Notes under the pieces: generated by a model
What the model saw: only the letters and a program-made list of their open reading frames with translations
Database searches by the model: none
Told to the model about the DNA's origin: nothing
Program-made: the position numbers and the translations under genes
Shown: piece after piece, positions 25,701-37,657 of the stretch
Numbering within the stretch: the first letter of the stretch is position 1
Layout: the number at the start of each line of letters is the position of its first letter
Origin: Oikopleura dioica
Lineage: Eukaryota; Animalia; Chordata
Direction of reading: 5' to 3'
DNA: 64,000 nucleotides
Assembly: GCA_907165135.1 (NCBI GenBank)
Contig: OU015569.1
Span: 8,680,001-8,744,000 of the forward strand

Positions 25701-27072
25701 ACGAAACAAAATAGATACCTTTCGCGCTTCCTGCAGCTACCTTCCAATCCTTCCATGATTCGACAACAAAAAAATATCAAAATAATTGTTTACTCCTCCT
25801 GTACTTTGTCTATCTATCTCTTCGACGCTGTTTGTTTTCTTTTTTTATTTCATCCACAGTCTGTCATCCTTACCCCTTTACCAATGTGTTAGAAACAAAA
25901 AATTATCAAAGGCCCTGCTCTTCAGAAATAAATCGACCCTATTGCTTTTTGCCCCCAAATCGGAACTCTCTACTTTCTACTTTTTTATTTATTCGGCAGG
26001 TCGAGAGAAAAGTTCAGCGTCAATCTCGTTTTTTCGAATATTTCCTCCGACTTGGCATCAATCTTCATCGAGAACTAGAAGAGAGGAGGTTTTATAATTG
26101 AGCTCATTTTAAACTTATTCGCCAAAAATTTAACTCACCATTTTAGTGAAAGAGAAGGATCCTTTTTCATTGCTTCTCTCTGTTATAGGTTCTATGGAAA
26201 ATGTAAAAAATTGGAGTGAGGCCTACCCTTAGAGAACGAGCGCGCCCCCTTTCCTCCAGAGACCTTTCGCACAAAGGCTTAAATCAATAAAGTCGATGGG
26301 CTCACGAACGAAGCACCGAAATCACTAAATTCAACCCATCTTGTTACAAGTAAACAATCCCATTCAGCGGCACCGCTGTCCGCTAATATTGGAGCAGTGC
26401 TTATATTGTATTGCGCGCTTTGAAAGATCCTTGAGGAGGGATTAAAGTCTTCGTCATTTGCGAATGAATGTTTCGATTTAGATTTGTTAGATGTTCAGTT
26501 GTTAGATTTTCAAGTCTAATTCTGTTAATTTGTTTGTTAATAAGATGAGTTTTATCGCATAAAAGTTCAGGAAAAGGTTCAAAAATCTTTCTTGTTGAAA
26601 ATATCGAAATCCTTGAATAATAAATTGGCGAAATCATTTGAATAGAACTCTTGTTAACTGGTCTCAAAGGCTAGAATAAGTGCGTCTGAATGTTGATTGC
26701 ATAATTAATCACACTGGGCAATTGAAGGAATCGCTTCTCTTAAGCTGAAGAGAGAAGGTTCATTCTGAATGGTTGCGGGTTCTGGCAGTGCTGCTCGTAC
26801 AATATAAATATCGACTTGAAATATTCATCCTTTTCATCGACACTAAGTCGCATAGTGGCGCGCTTTGCAGAAAAAAGAGAGTCTTGCGCAAAGAGCTTTT
26901 TACCAAGAACAGTGAACCCAACTGGTGCAGGAGAAAACTTGAGAGAGAAACAAAAGCTTCACGAGATGAGGCAAAAAAGAGAATTGCAAAGTAAGATTTT
27001 CAAAAGACAAGATACCTATAAATATATAAAATAAGTGCTAACATTGAAATAAAACTATCAAAAATGATTAAG

Positions 27073-29039
27073 GTACGGTGGACAGTATCACACGCAATGT
27101 CGGGAAAGCTGGCTCCACCGTTGTCAAGTACTCTGAAGAGCTTTTAAATAAGGCCAGGTTCTTTTAAGCATGACTAAAGCAAGAATCAAGCATAACTGTG
27201 AACCGTCAACAGGAAACTGAGAAAATCCAGGAAGCGACTGGATTGCCACAATGGGCGGTAATCGCTCTTGCCGTAATAACGGCGATCGTGACCTTTTGTT
27301 TGCTCATATGCGTTTGCAAAAAGTGCATTTGGTGAGATTACGAATTAATTCAGTCTGAGACGAACATAATTAAGCAAAAAGCGTAAAAAATCGAAGAAGG
27401 GAAACCAAAAAGAACAAGTCATCGACATGTCGCAGGTAATGAAGCGCTCTCTATGCTCCGAATACTAAACGAGGCGCGTTTGTAGTTCAAGAATCTTGGC
27501 GAAGAACTTGACGAAGTGTCGAAAAAGGAAGACACAGAAGAAAAGGAAAAGGAGAAGCTGGGTACTCTCCGATTCAGCTTAGGTAAACTGTCAATATTAA
27601 TCGCGGGATCTGCAAGAGATGCTCTAGATTATGACTTCGAAGCGAACAACCTAAAAGTGCACGTGATGAACGCGAACGATCTCCCGGCGATGGACTTGAA
27701 CGGCACTTCTGACCCGTACGTAAAAGTGTACGTCCTTCCAGACAAGAAAAAGAAGTTCGAGACCAAGGTGCAAAAGAAATCCCTCAACCCAGTTTTCGAC
27801 GAGACATTCAACTTTAAAGGATCGGCGAAAAGTAAAGAAATTAGACATACGGGCAAGCATATGCCGCGACGAAGATTGAATTCTTTCAAAACATAAAAAA
27901 TAGATGAGAAACACTTGACACAGATTCATGTTCAACATAGAGGATTTCCAGCATCTCTTAGACTTGCACTTGATGTATGAATACTTTTCCGAATAGATTT
28001 TTATGTGTCGCGAGGTAAAATTAATTGTCCTCTGTTCGAGAAAGCCCGATCAATAATACCCTCGATATTTGCTGAATAACTCTATCGAAACATGTGTGCC
28101 GATAATTTCCCAGAGGTATTCGATTTGCGTGTCAATTCAGCACGGCCCTAAATTTGTCGTGCAATTCTCCGTCTGCACCGTTCTCTTCGTTGATGTCAAA
28201 CAGAATCCCCCTTTTACATGCGACGAGTTAATGAGAAATATATTATATATTCTATTTGATTCGCCCTTGGCAGTGCTCTACAAAGAAATCGGCTCTAAAA
28301 CTGTCGTCCTCGCCGTTTACGATTTCGACCGCTTTGGAAAACATGACATTATTGGAAAAATTGAAGTTCCGCTCAATTCGATCGATCTTGGACAAATTTT
28401 CGAAACAACGAAAGAACTAGAAGCTGCTGACAAGGTTTTACTTATTTATAAGCGTAAAGTGGTTGATTTTCTATTTCAGGATTCTGAGAAATTGGGAGAT
28501 GTTTGTTTCTCTCTCAGATACGTTCCGACATCGGGTAAATTCACTGTGGTTATCTTGGAGGCGAAGAATTTAAAGAAGATGGACGCCTGCGGTCTTTCAG
28601 ATCCATACGTGAAAGTCAACCTTATGCAAAACGGGAAGCGGCTGAAAAAGAAGAAAACAACAGGCATGAGTTTACGATCATTCTGTAATGCCGCATTGAT
28701 TTATTACTGCAAGCGGCAAATTGAAACTCGCCAAAGTCAAAAAGAATACTCTCAATCCCTATTACAACGAGTCATTCAGCTTTGAAGTTCCCTTCGAGCA
28801 GATTCAGAAAGTAACTGTAGTCATCACTGTCCTCGATTACGATCAAGTCGGCTCGAACGATCCAATCGGAAAAGTTGTCGTCGGCTGTGGTGCTTCTGGC
28901 CAAGAACTCAAGCATTGGAGCGATATGCTCTCGGCGCCACGGTAAAACTTTTCTCAAGTTGGATTTTGTCTTCAAGTGTCTATCTAGGCGACCGATCGCT
29001 TCATGGCACTCACTGCAGCCAGCGGAGGACGATAAGTAG
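27073..29039 (+). CDS. SYT1: Synaptotagmin-1-like (TM + C2A + C2B; 5' end uncertain)
   Basis: [30 protein letters not shown]; C2[13 protein letters not shown]...[10 protein letters not shown]; C2[13 protein letters not shown]...KKKKT...[10 protein letters not shown]; C-terminal [10 protein letters not shown]. Confidence 0.95.
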
Positions 29040-29811
29040 ACGAGAAAGACCCAAAGAGACTGACAACTGCTGTTGGTCCAACAATTTCATCATCGTGACC
29101 ATTTTCCGACTTTGATATATTTAAACAAAAATCATGATTTATATGTGCAATATATGCTTCCGTATCTATTATTTTTCTTAATATCTTCAAAAACAAAAAT
29201 AAATAAAGACAAAATTAAATGATTCTTGTGGTTGACTGGCGAAAAAGCTTTCAATCGTATGCCGACACAAAAAGCTTTTAGGAGAACATCACATAATTCT
29301 TGGACATTGGATGGTAATGGACGTCATTATGTATGTAAACATGTCTTCTGAGAAACGTCCACTCTCTCTATATTCTCCACTACTCTTTATTTATATTTTA
29401 TATATATTCTCATCGACCACATATTTCAACAAAGCCACTTAAAATGACGTCTTTATTTTCGTCAATCACCAAAAATGCTCTATGATCATTGATCGATCTA
29501 TTGTGCTGGATTTTAGAAGGGGTTTTTATTCCATCTTGAAAAAAACAATTCTAACAGAAATCGGGACACAAAAGATTGATACGATCGCATTTATGAAAAA
29601 CGCATGCGCGCATCGATTTTCATTCGAGTTTATTGCGATGTATGGTAGTCAGAATTATAATTTTTCGTCTCACCTTCACGCTCAAAATGGGAATAGAAAC
29701 AGTATCCACGGAGCCTTTCCACAGCAGATGGTTGTTACGATGCCAGTAAGATTAGAGAGACAAGTAGACAGAATTTAGTGTCAACATTGATTCTAGTTCC
29801 ACCCTGCTTTA

Positions 29812-31314
29812 ATGGCGGATATGAACGGTCAATTACTACCGAACTTCAATGGCGGGAACCCTTGGGCACACCATCCGCTAACACAACTTTCTCAAATGGG
29901 CCAACTTGCCAACTCTGGTTTCATGTTCTGGAACCCCACCGTGATGAACAACAACTCTCTCCAACTTCAACTCCAGCATTTCAATGCAGGAATGCGGTAA
30001 AAGGCAAAAAAGTGAATTTTATATAAAAAAAACTATTAGAAATCGACGTCAACGTGGAAAATACCCCGTTCCAAAAGTTGAGCCAAACTCGCATAATAAT
30101 TTTCCGAGGCACAGGGCGCAGGGACTTGTGAACAGAGATAGTAATCCACAAGAGAAATCTAAAGAGAGTGGAATCGCCAGCGCGAATACCTCCAGGTAAA
30201 ATTCTTTTCGAGGTTTTTATCAATCGATTCGTCAGCCAATATGATGGCTCTGTGGGTTCACGCTTCACCGTCCAGACGAATACTATAGGACAAAAGGTCA
30301 AGCACGAGCCGCACATGTCGAGAAGAATGAGTTCTACTTTGAAGTCGCGCAATGGAATGAGCCACAATGGTACCTTCAACCAGGTGTGAGAATAGAATTA
30401 TTCATCTTATCTAAAAACTGTTTCAACAGTCGCCTATTAAAAATGAGAAACAATCGTTTGTCTTGGTTGCTGGCAATGACTCTATCGTTGTTGATGTTGA
30501 AGATAAAGGAAATGGGCCAGGTGTGACCATAAGGAACAGGGATTATTAAGCTAATAACTAGATTTTTCGAGGAAAAACTCACAATAATAATTTATCATAT
30601 ATAATTATTGAGCAATCCTCTAAAAGACAGACACCACAATGGGCCGAGAAACCACCGACAATAAAAAACGAAGAGCCAAAAAGCTACGCTGATCTCAATA
30701 CTAAAGAAGATCAAAAATGCAATAAACAAGATGAAGAAAATCAATGGGAAACAGAGGAAGAATTACAGGTTATAAATCAAAGGAGAAAGATAACTTGAGG
30801 ATAAATTTAGGTCAAGCCATATATGCCGCGAAAAGGGGCGATGCGGAAAGGAGTATCCGAAAATTTCCTTGCCGAGATGCTTCCTAGTACTGTCAGAACA
30901 GTCTCGAGGCAACTCTTCAAGGATCGACCCTTGAAGCGGTTGGATCCAAACTCCACCGCCAGATTGACGAAACGAGTATCGATGAACTCTTCGATCAACG
31001 CGCCTGTGCGTTCCAATCCTGCTGGCAGCAGGTCCAAGAAGAAAGCACGAAGAATTAGTAATGTGAAGGATTCGGCAAAAGTACTGCGCGAGAAGAGACG
31101 AAAACAGGTGCAATCTAAAACTTTTTCTTATTTCACGAATTCCTTTCAGCCGACAATACATGAGGACGGGGATGTCGTCTTCACGGCGACACCAGTAACC
31201 GCATCGAGCTGCGACGATTCCAAGGAAAACCCGAAAAAACGAAAAGGATCCTCCTTCGCGCGATCTCTCTCGAAAATCTTCAATAAAAACAACAAAAAGA
31301 AGGGAATGAGCTAA
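29812..31314 (+). CDS. Uncharacterised low-complexity protein (N/Q-rich N-terminus, basic C-terminus), probably one spliced gene
   Basis: Successive GT-AG-linked open exons from MADMNGQLLPNF to KNNKKKGMS*; no domain recognised. Confidence 0.45.
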
Positions 31315-31659
31315 TCACTCCCTTTCCCTGCCATTTTCTGCTGATACATTCCAAATTTATGAAATATTAAATTTCTTCCCAAAGCGCGTAACTCAATCTT
31401 GAATCCGCTGAGCTGCTTTCATTCTTTTCACAAGTCAGCTCAAAGGGTAAATAATCCATTGCTTTTCTAAGCAGGTCTTGTGACTTTCTTCAAGGGCATT
31501 TAACTCAAAAAATCTGGTGTAAGAGCAAACTGGCTTAACTCTCTTTGAGGTAAAGTTGCGTCTAAATACGTGTTCGAAAATTCTCAATCATAAATTTAGT
31601 AAATCGGATAATAATCGACTTTCAAGCACTGTTAATCAGACGCCTACTAGACAATCTCA

Positions 31660-31872
31660 CAGTAATGTTTCAGGAACTCAGAGAAGCAGAAAGTAATGAA
31701 AGTAGATTTCATTGAAAAAATTAAAGAACTTGATGAAAAGTTAAAGAAAGAGCAAGTTAAACTAGCTGAAACGGTAAGAAAAAAAATGATCTTGCTTGTT
31801 TTTATTACTACTAGGGTTCGTCTTTGGATCGGCTGATTGAAATCCACGAGATACGCTTTGAACTGATGGCTT
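31660..31872 (+). CDS. Final exons of a small coiled-coil protein
   Basis: KQKVMKVDFIEKIKELDEKLKKEQVKLAET|GSSLDRLIEIHEIRFELMASLK* joined by a GT-AG intron; start not resolved. Confidence 0.35.
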
Positions 31873-32140
31873 CTTTGAAATAAATAATGGAAAATTATGT
31901 TTCAATTTATTATAATTTCCAGCACGAAAATGAACAGAGTAACCTTGCTTCTAAAATTTAGAGATGAAATAGAAATGTCCATTAGACAGAAAATCGGTGT
32001 CAAAATGAAATATGATTGATATGTTATATCAAAGCTCGATGAACATTATCTATAACAAAAACATCGTTGTTAACATGGAGGCCAGCTCACCTCGGTGAAG
32101 CTGAAGGTTTTCAGAAGTTGAAAAAGGAAAAAAGAGTAAA

Positions 32141-33988
32141 ATGAAGTTGCACCCTCTTTTATTTATTATCGGCCATGCACTCGAAATACAGTGGAATAAC
32201 AGTGGCCAAAACGCGAAGAAAAGAGAGAAAAAGAAAAAGCGGGGCTTATCTAGAGTTCCTATGGAAAATTCAGCAAACTTCAAGGAACAAACGTTCGAAG
32301 ACGATATTCAAGAAGAGATAAACCTTTCTGATGTCGTAGAATCAGCACCATTAGAGAGTAAAGAAGTGACAGAAAAAATACCAATTCAACGTGAAGAGAT
32401 TTCCGAGGAAGCAAGTTGTCCAGGAAAGGTCGAAGACCAACTTTAAATTTGAAGACTTTTATTAATTAATCAAGACCGCTAAAAGTCACAATTAATTTTG
32501 GAAACCGCCAAGCAACAGATCCGGTTTTCGAGTGTATTAAATATTGCCTCGCTTATGCACCAACAACTACGACAACTTCTACGACTACAACTAAGCCAAC
32601 TACTACTTCGATAACGACCACAACTGAGCCAAAAACGACAGAGTCAGTGACAACTTCTACCACCTCAAGGAGAACTCCCTCAACTTCCTCTTCAACTACT
32701 TCGACGACGACTTCGACGACAACTACAACATCAACTACAACGATAACATCAACTTCAACAACAACAACAACAACATCAACCACGACTACAGATGAACCGA
32801 CCACAACAGAAGAAGCGTCTACAACGTCGACTACATCAGCAACGACTACGCAGGAAGAGTCATCTGTGTGGACAACGACCACTGGAACAACATCTACTGC
32901 CGAAAAAACAACAGAGAATCCAGCCACAACTACCGTGAAGCCAACGAGCACGACACTTGGAGACTTCCAACCACTAATGGACAGTATTGTCACTGGACTG
33001 AAAACATGTGCAAATAAGTCAAATTTCATAAAAGAATCGGACTCAAGAAAAAAACAAAAGAAAAACGCTAAAATCATCGGCGGCGTAACAACGTTCGAAA
33101 ATGATTGGCCTTGGCTAGTTTACCTGGAAATGGGTTGTGGCGGTACTATTATTCACGAAGAGTGGGTTCTAACAGGTAGAACCAGTTAAAAAAGGTCAAC
33201 ACAAAATATGTTTTTAGCTGCACATTGCTGTGAAGGTGAAAAAACAATAACCGCTCGCTTCGGTGAGTACAATACTGAAGATGATGATGAAGCATTGACA
33301 ATGACAAGCTCACAAATCTTCATTCACCCAGAATACGGACAAAAGAGCGATGGCGATCCAGACAATTCTGACTGGTGTTTGATTAAATTCGGCGAGAGTA
33401 TTTTACAGGCTAACGAGTATGCCTCTTTGTATTCATAACGCGTGAACCCTATTCTATTATTAGTAATGATGTCTCTACGCAAATCGCATGCTTGCCTTCG
33501 GGACCAATCGACCATGGAGAAGCCTGTTGGGTCGCAGGATGGGGAGATACTGAGTACGACTCTGGAAAGTATTCGGATGTCATATTATCAGCCGGAGTGA
33601 ACATACTCGGCCCGGATTATTGTCAAAAATATTCAAATATTGGCAAGTTGAATATTGATGATATTTGCGCCGGCCTTCCTGATTTCGACGGAGACGGGGA
33701 CGGGCTTTCTAGGACACCAAGAATATTTCTTATAGATAAAAGATAATTTTATTTACTCTGGTTCGATAAATGAACAATCGAGAAAGCCAAATAAGATTAA
33801 CAGATGCAGGAAAAGACGCTTGTCAAGGCGATTCTGGTGGTCCGCTGATCTGTGCTCAAGATGGCCGCGCTACTATTGTCGGCGTCGTATCCCGTGGAGA
33901 GGGCTGCGGCAAAAAAGGCCAACCTGGACTCTATTCTTCGACGTGGAGCGCGAAAGATTGGATCGTTAAAACTGTTACAAAAAACTGA
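32141..33988 (+). CDS. Secreted trypsin-family serine protease with Thr-rich mucin-like stalk
   Basis: Signal peptide, poly-Thr region 32560-32960, K|IIGG activation site, intact triad in TAAHC, NSDWCLI and GDSGGP. Confidence 0.92.
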
Positions 33989-34107
33989 CTTTAACCGGCA
34001 AACCAATTCATTTCAGCCTAAATTCGCGACCATTGATGACAAATTTTATTTACATCGAAGTATAATTACACCAACAAAACTATGACTGTATAAATCGTAG
34101 GCAGAAA

Positions 34108-34478
34108 CTATTTCTTCTTTTTCTTCCCTTTTCCCTTTTTCCCCTTTTTCTTTTTGGGTTTCCATGCGATCCCTCGGTGTAAATACGCATCTGAAATAAA
34201 TAATAACTTCAGAATAGCTGATGATGAGTACCTTGGATATTATGCGCGATGCAAACAAGGTTTTCTCTTGCCGCGTCAGAGTTTATGTCTATCGGGACTT
34301 TCTCTGCCTTTTTCGATTTTTTGGATTTACTTCGCCCTTTTGATTTCGACTTCGAGCCCTTTAGATAGTCATGTTTTTTCCCTATTTTTTTTATCAGCGA
34401 TCTCACCTTTTTCCCCTTTGGAGCTTTCGATTTTGACCTTCCTCTCGTGCTTTGAGTACTCTTGGACTTGTCTGGCAT
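34108..34478 (-). CDS. SMKR1: Small lysine-rich protein 1 homologue with Ser/Lys/Arg-rich N-terminal extension
   Basis: Spliced PIDINSDAARENLVCIAHNIQ|DAYLHRGIAWKPKKKKGKKGKGKKKKK* resembles the SMKR1 core as I recall it ([30 protein letters not shown]). Confidence 0.75.
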
Positions 34479-35594
34479 GCTTTTTAAAAATTTAGTTGAA
34501 GAAAGCCGATTTGAGGCGGAAGGAGTTCTGTTCTAATTGATCATTGAGAGCCATCACAGCGTAGTCAAGGAGATGCGACGCCATAGACAAACAGATTCAT
34601 AAATCACAAAAGCATCACATTTTTCTAGTTTTGTTTAGCATTGGGCTCTAATGGACAAGTAATTGTTGATTTGATGGCGTACAGAAATCAGTCTCGCTGG
34701 ATTCTGCCCTGAATTCAAAAGGCAAAGATAGGGACAGTTTCATAAACGTGCAGATAGGAAACACATCCGTTGACGCTCTTGTTGGAAGGACTCCGCTTCA
34801 CGTTCCCTGGACAAAAATATTGAGTTGCCGTTGCTAATTTATGAATGATAAGGGTTAATCTGGCGTGGCCAATACTTTATCTTGAGTCTATTCGCACAAG
34901 CGAAATTAAAAAAAAAGGATTTTGAAATTCGAAAAAACTATGAAAGCCTGAAATTATCATATTTGAGTTTTTATCTGAAGAAATTTATATAGGCAGGATT
35001 TCCGTTAAAGATAAATAAAGGGGTAGATTTTAAGGTTTTCTAGGGCTTTGAAAGCCCAGTTCTAATTGCCAGTGTTTTTGCTAGATGAGTTCGACTATCC
35101 AAGTGTTTTCATTTTTGAAAAATAAACTGACGCTTATTTCACTTCCTTTTCTACTCTTTACGGCGGAAATTTGATAAAATATTAATTTGGAACGATTTTT
35201 GAGTAGATTGGAAAAAGTGAATTATAATAAAATGCCAAATGATAAATATGAGTATAAAATTAGCATAAATGATGATGATCTGACAGCAGATGATTGATGG
35301 AACGTGTTTTTGGCTAATTACAAGGAACATTTCGAAGTACGAAAGTCGCACGCTCGAATTGAGCGCGTGTGAGAAGTGAAAATTCAGTGGCCACTTGGGT
35401 AGATCTCTCATCACACTTGGAAGGATAGCAGGGTGAAGCCGAATAAATCTCATCCGGAATCAGGATACACACTCATCTGGGGGCGCGCGGCGGCGGCGGT
35501 GGCGTCGGTGCAGCTTTTGATAAAGCGCGACTTTGCAGGGGATCATCACACTTTCTGAAAAAAAACCAAAGCCCGCAACAGCAAAGTTAGAAAA

Positions 35595-36250
35595 ATGCGC
35601 GTCTTCGGGAAGCTCTTCGTTCTATTTTTAAATGGTTTCTAAGATGGTTCAGATTGCCTTTACTGTTTATTATAGCTAGCGGCCAAAAGAAGAAAAAAGA
35701 ATCCAAAGAGACATTCGGTCCAGTATCAGCAGGTTTTACTGTTGACGAGAGTGTGGCAAGTGTTTGGAAATTCCCGCAGAACTTCGACTACGATTCAGAC
35801 CGGCGCGTGATCGTAGCTTCAACAAGAGGTCAACATCAGTGTTCGAAAGTTCCTATTCCGGAGCTGGAGGTAATTCTCAAATCTAGTTTTCCACTTTTTT
35901 CTGTTGGAAGAAGGATGTTTGAAGACGCGTCGTGCGAAATTTTGATTGAAAGCGCAGGAATGAAAATAAAACTCGTTGTTCTAGTGTAAAGGATGTGAAG
36001 CGGGCTTTCCTAAATATGATAGGCCTTGCGACAAACCGAATTCTGACGAAAAGGCAAAATACAAATGCAAGGTATTCTTAGATAAGAAAATAAGTTCGCA
36101 AAGCAATAAATTAAGGTTCTCTGTGGGCCTGGTTTTGAAGTAAAGAGCGGCCTCCCGCGCAAAATGAAATGTCTTGGCACTCCTCGAAGATGGAAAGTCG
36201 ACCCAAGGAAATTCAACGGCAAAATCAAATGTGTTCCCAAATCTTCCTAA
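35595..36250 (+). CDS. Small secreted Cys-containing protein (sushi/CCP-like C-terminus)
   Basis: Signal MRVFGKLFVLFLNA; last exon CK|VLCGPGFEVKSGLPRKMKCLGTPRRW...IKCVPKSS*. Confidence 0.5.
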
Positions 36251-36258
36251 CCTCTGAC

Positions 36259-36581
36259 CAGGGTTCGGTAATTTGAGCTCAAGCTAAAACTCATTTTGGC
36301 TAGACGCTCAAATTTCCTCAAATTGAGAACTCAAAGTTACTTGAGAAATCATTTTGAGAAGATTTGAGAGTTTTGAGAGTTTTGAGTTTTTGGGAGATTT
36401 GAGAGTTTTGAGTTTTCAAAACTCAAATTAAGCGAGCGCTTACTTGATTGGCTCATGGATCGCCAGAATTGATTTCTCACGTGAGCTCTCATCTCTGAGT
36501 TCTCAAAACTCAAATTAAAAAACGTGAGTCTCAAGCTTTGTTTCCTTGAGTTTTAGCATGAGCTCAAATTACCGAACCCTG
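36259..36581. mobile_element. hAT-type MITE, 323 bp, ~35-bp TIRs, 8-bp TSD
   Basis: TIR CAGGGTTCGGTAATTTGAGCTCA at both ends; perfect CCTCTGAC duplication at 36251-36258 and 36582-36589; internal TTTTGAGAG repeats. Confidence 0.92.
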
Positions 36582-37009
36582 CCTCTGACAATTGTTCTGA
36601 AATTCAAAAATAAACGCGCTGAAAACACGTCCAAGAATTATCAGATTCGTAAGAACATCAACAAATATTCTGAAGAATGCTTTGAAGCTCTCGCTTTAGA
36701 AAGAAAGCTGTTCAAAAAATCAAAATCTGATAGCTTTTCAAAATCGAGATGAGTGTTTTAAACCATAAATTGACGTCGAAGATCTTTTAGTGGAATGTTA
36801 CGCTAAATTACCATTTAGGGCAGGGTCTAATGCTATCAGCGGCAATATTATTGCTGTACACAATGTTCTATCGTGAAAACACCGCTCGATTCCAGAGGTT
36901 CGCGGCGCTACCGAGCCCTTTGCTATCTAAAAAGAACGGCCTCTCTATCGAATCAGTCCCATCCGCTTATCAATTCCTTTTCAAAATTCAAGAGAAAAAA
37001 CTTTGTGAT

Positions 37010-37657
37010 ATGAAAAAGTCTCTCATCATTGCCGCTGGGACAGTTTCGTCGCGAGAAGTCAAGTCAAGCCACGTTAATTCCATTAACGACGTGCATGGAA
37101 TGATCGACAGATATGCTCCTCACGTAGCTTTTGGAATGAACAACTACGGATGCTCGGGAGACAACTACTTGGACGTTAATATGCCAGTCAAAGGACTGCC
37201 GGTGGACTCGGTTGACAACCTCATTATTTCTTGGAAAGAGTGTATTCATCTAGCTGCCCGTGCCGAGAAAGGACGAAAACCTCGTCAAATCCATCAACAC
37301 AACGCTACGAGCCATCACGAGCTCTTGTTTATTGACCGGCCAAAATACGAGTTCAATGAAAGACAGCATAGGCATGGCTTTAACAGTATATCTTCGAGCG
37401 TATTGCTTGATCCTTTTCGAAACTGACAGTACTTGGAATTATGTATAAAGCCGTTAAATAGATGCGTCTCAGGAAAAGATTCCTTCGAACAGGATGTATG
37501 CCAGTGCGATCTTGAGTTCGCCCAAAACTTGAGCGAAGAAGAAGTCGACGACGACAAGGTCGATTATCCCCCGAAAAAATGCTCACATGGCGGATCCATT
37601 GAGCCCAAGAAAATCCGCTCCGCGCTGTTCGCTGACGAGGTCCTCACAAGATTATGA
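37010..37657 (+). CDS. Secreted phospholipase A2-fold protein, probably non-catalytic
   Basis: Signal-like MKKSLIIAAG; NYGC.G, GLPVDSVD, and C-terminal VCQCDLEFAQNL; the HD dyad position reads WK. Confidence 0.65.

Noticed and set aside
32553-33077. Long Val-rich minus-strand ORF
   Set aside because: It is the antisense shadow of the poly-Thr stalk of the protease.
36340-36430. Short tandem TTTTGAGAG repeats as a CRISPR-like array
   Set aside because: No unique spacers; they are internal repeats of the hAT MITE in a eukaryotic genome.
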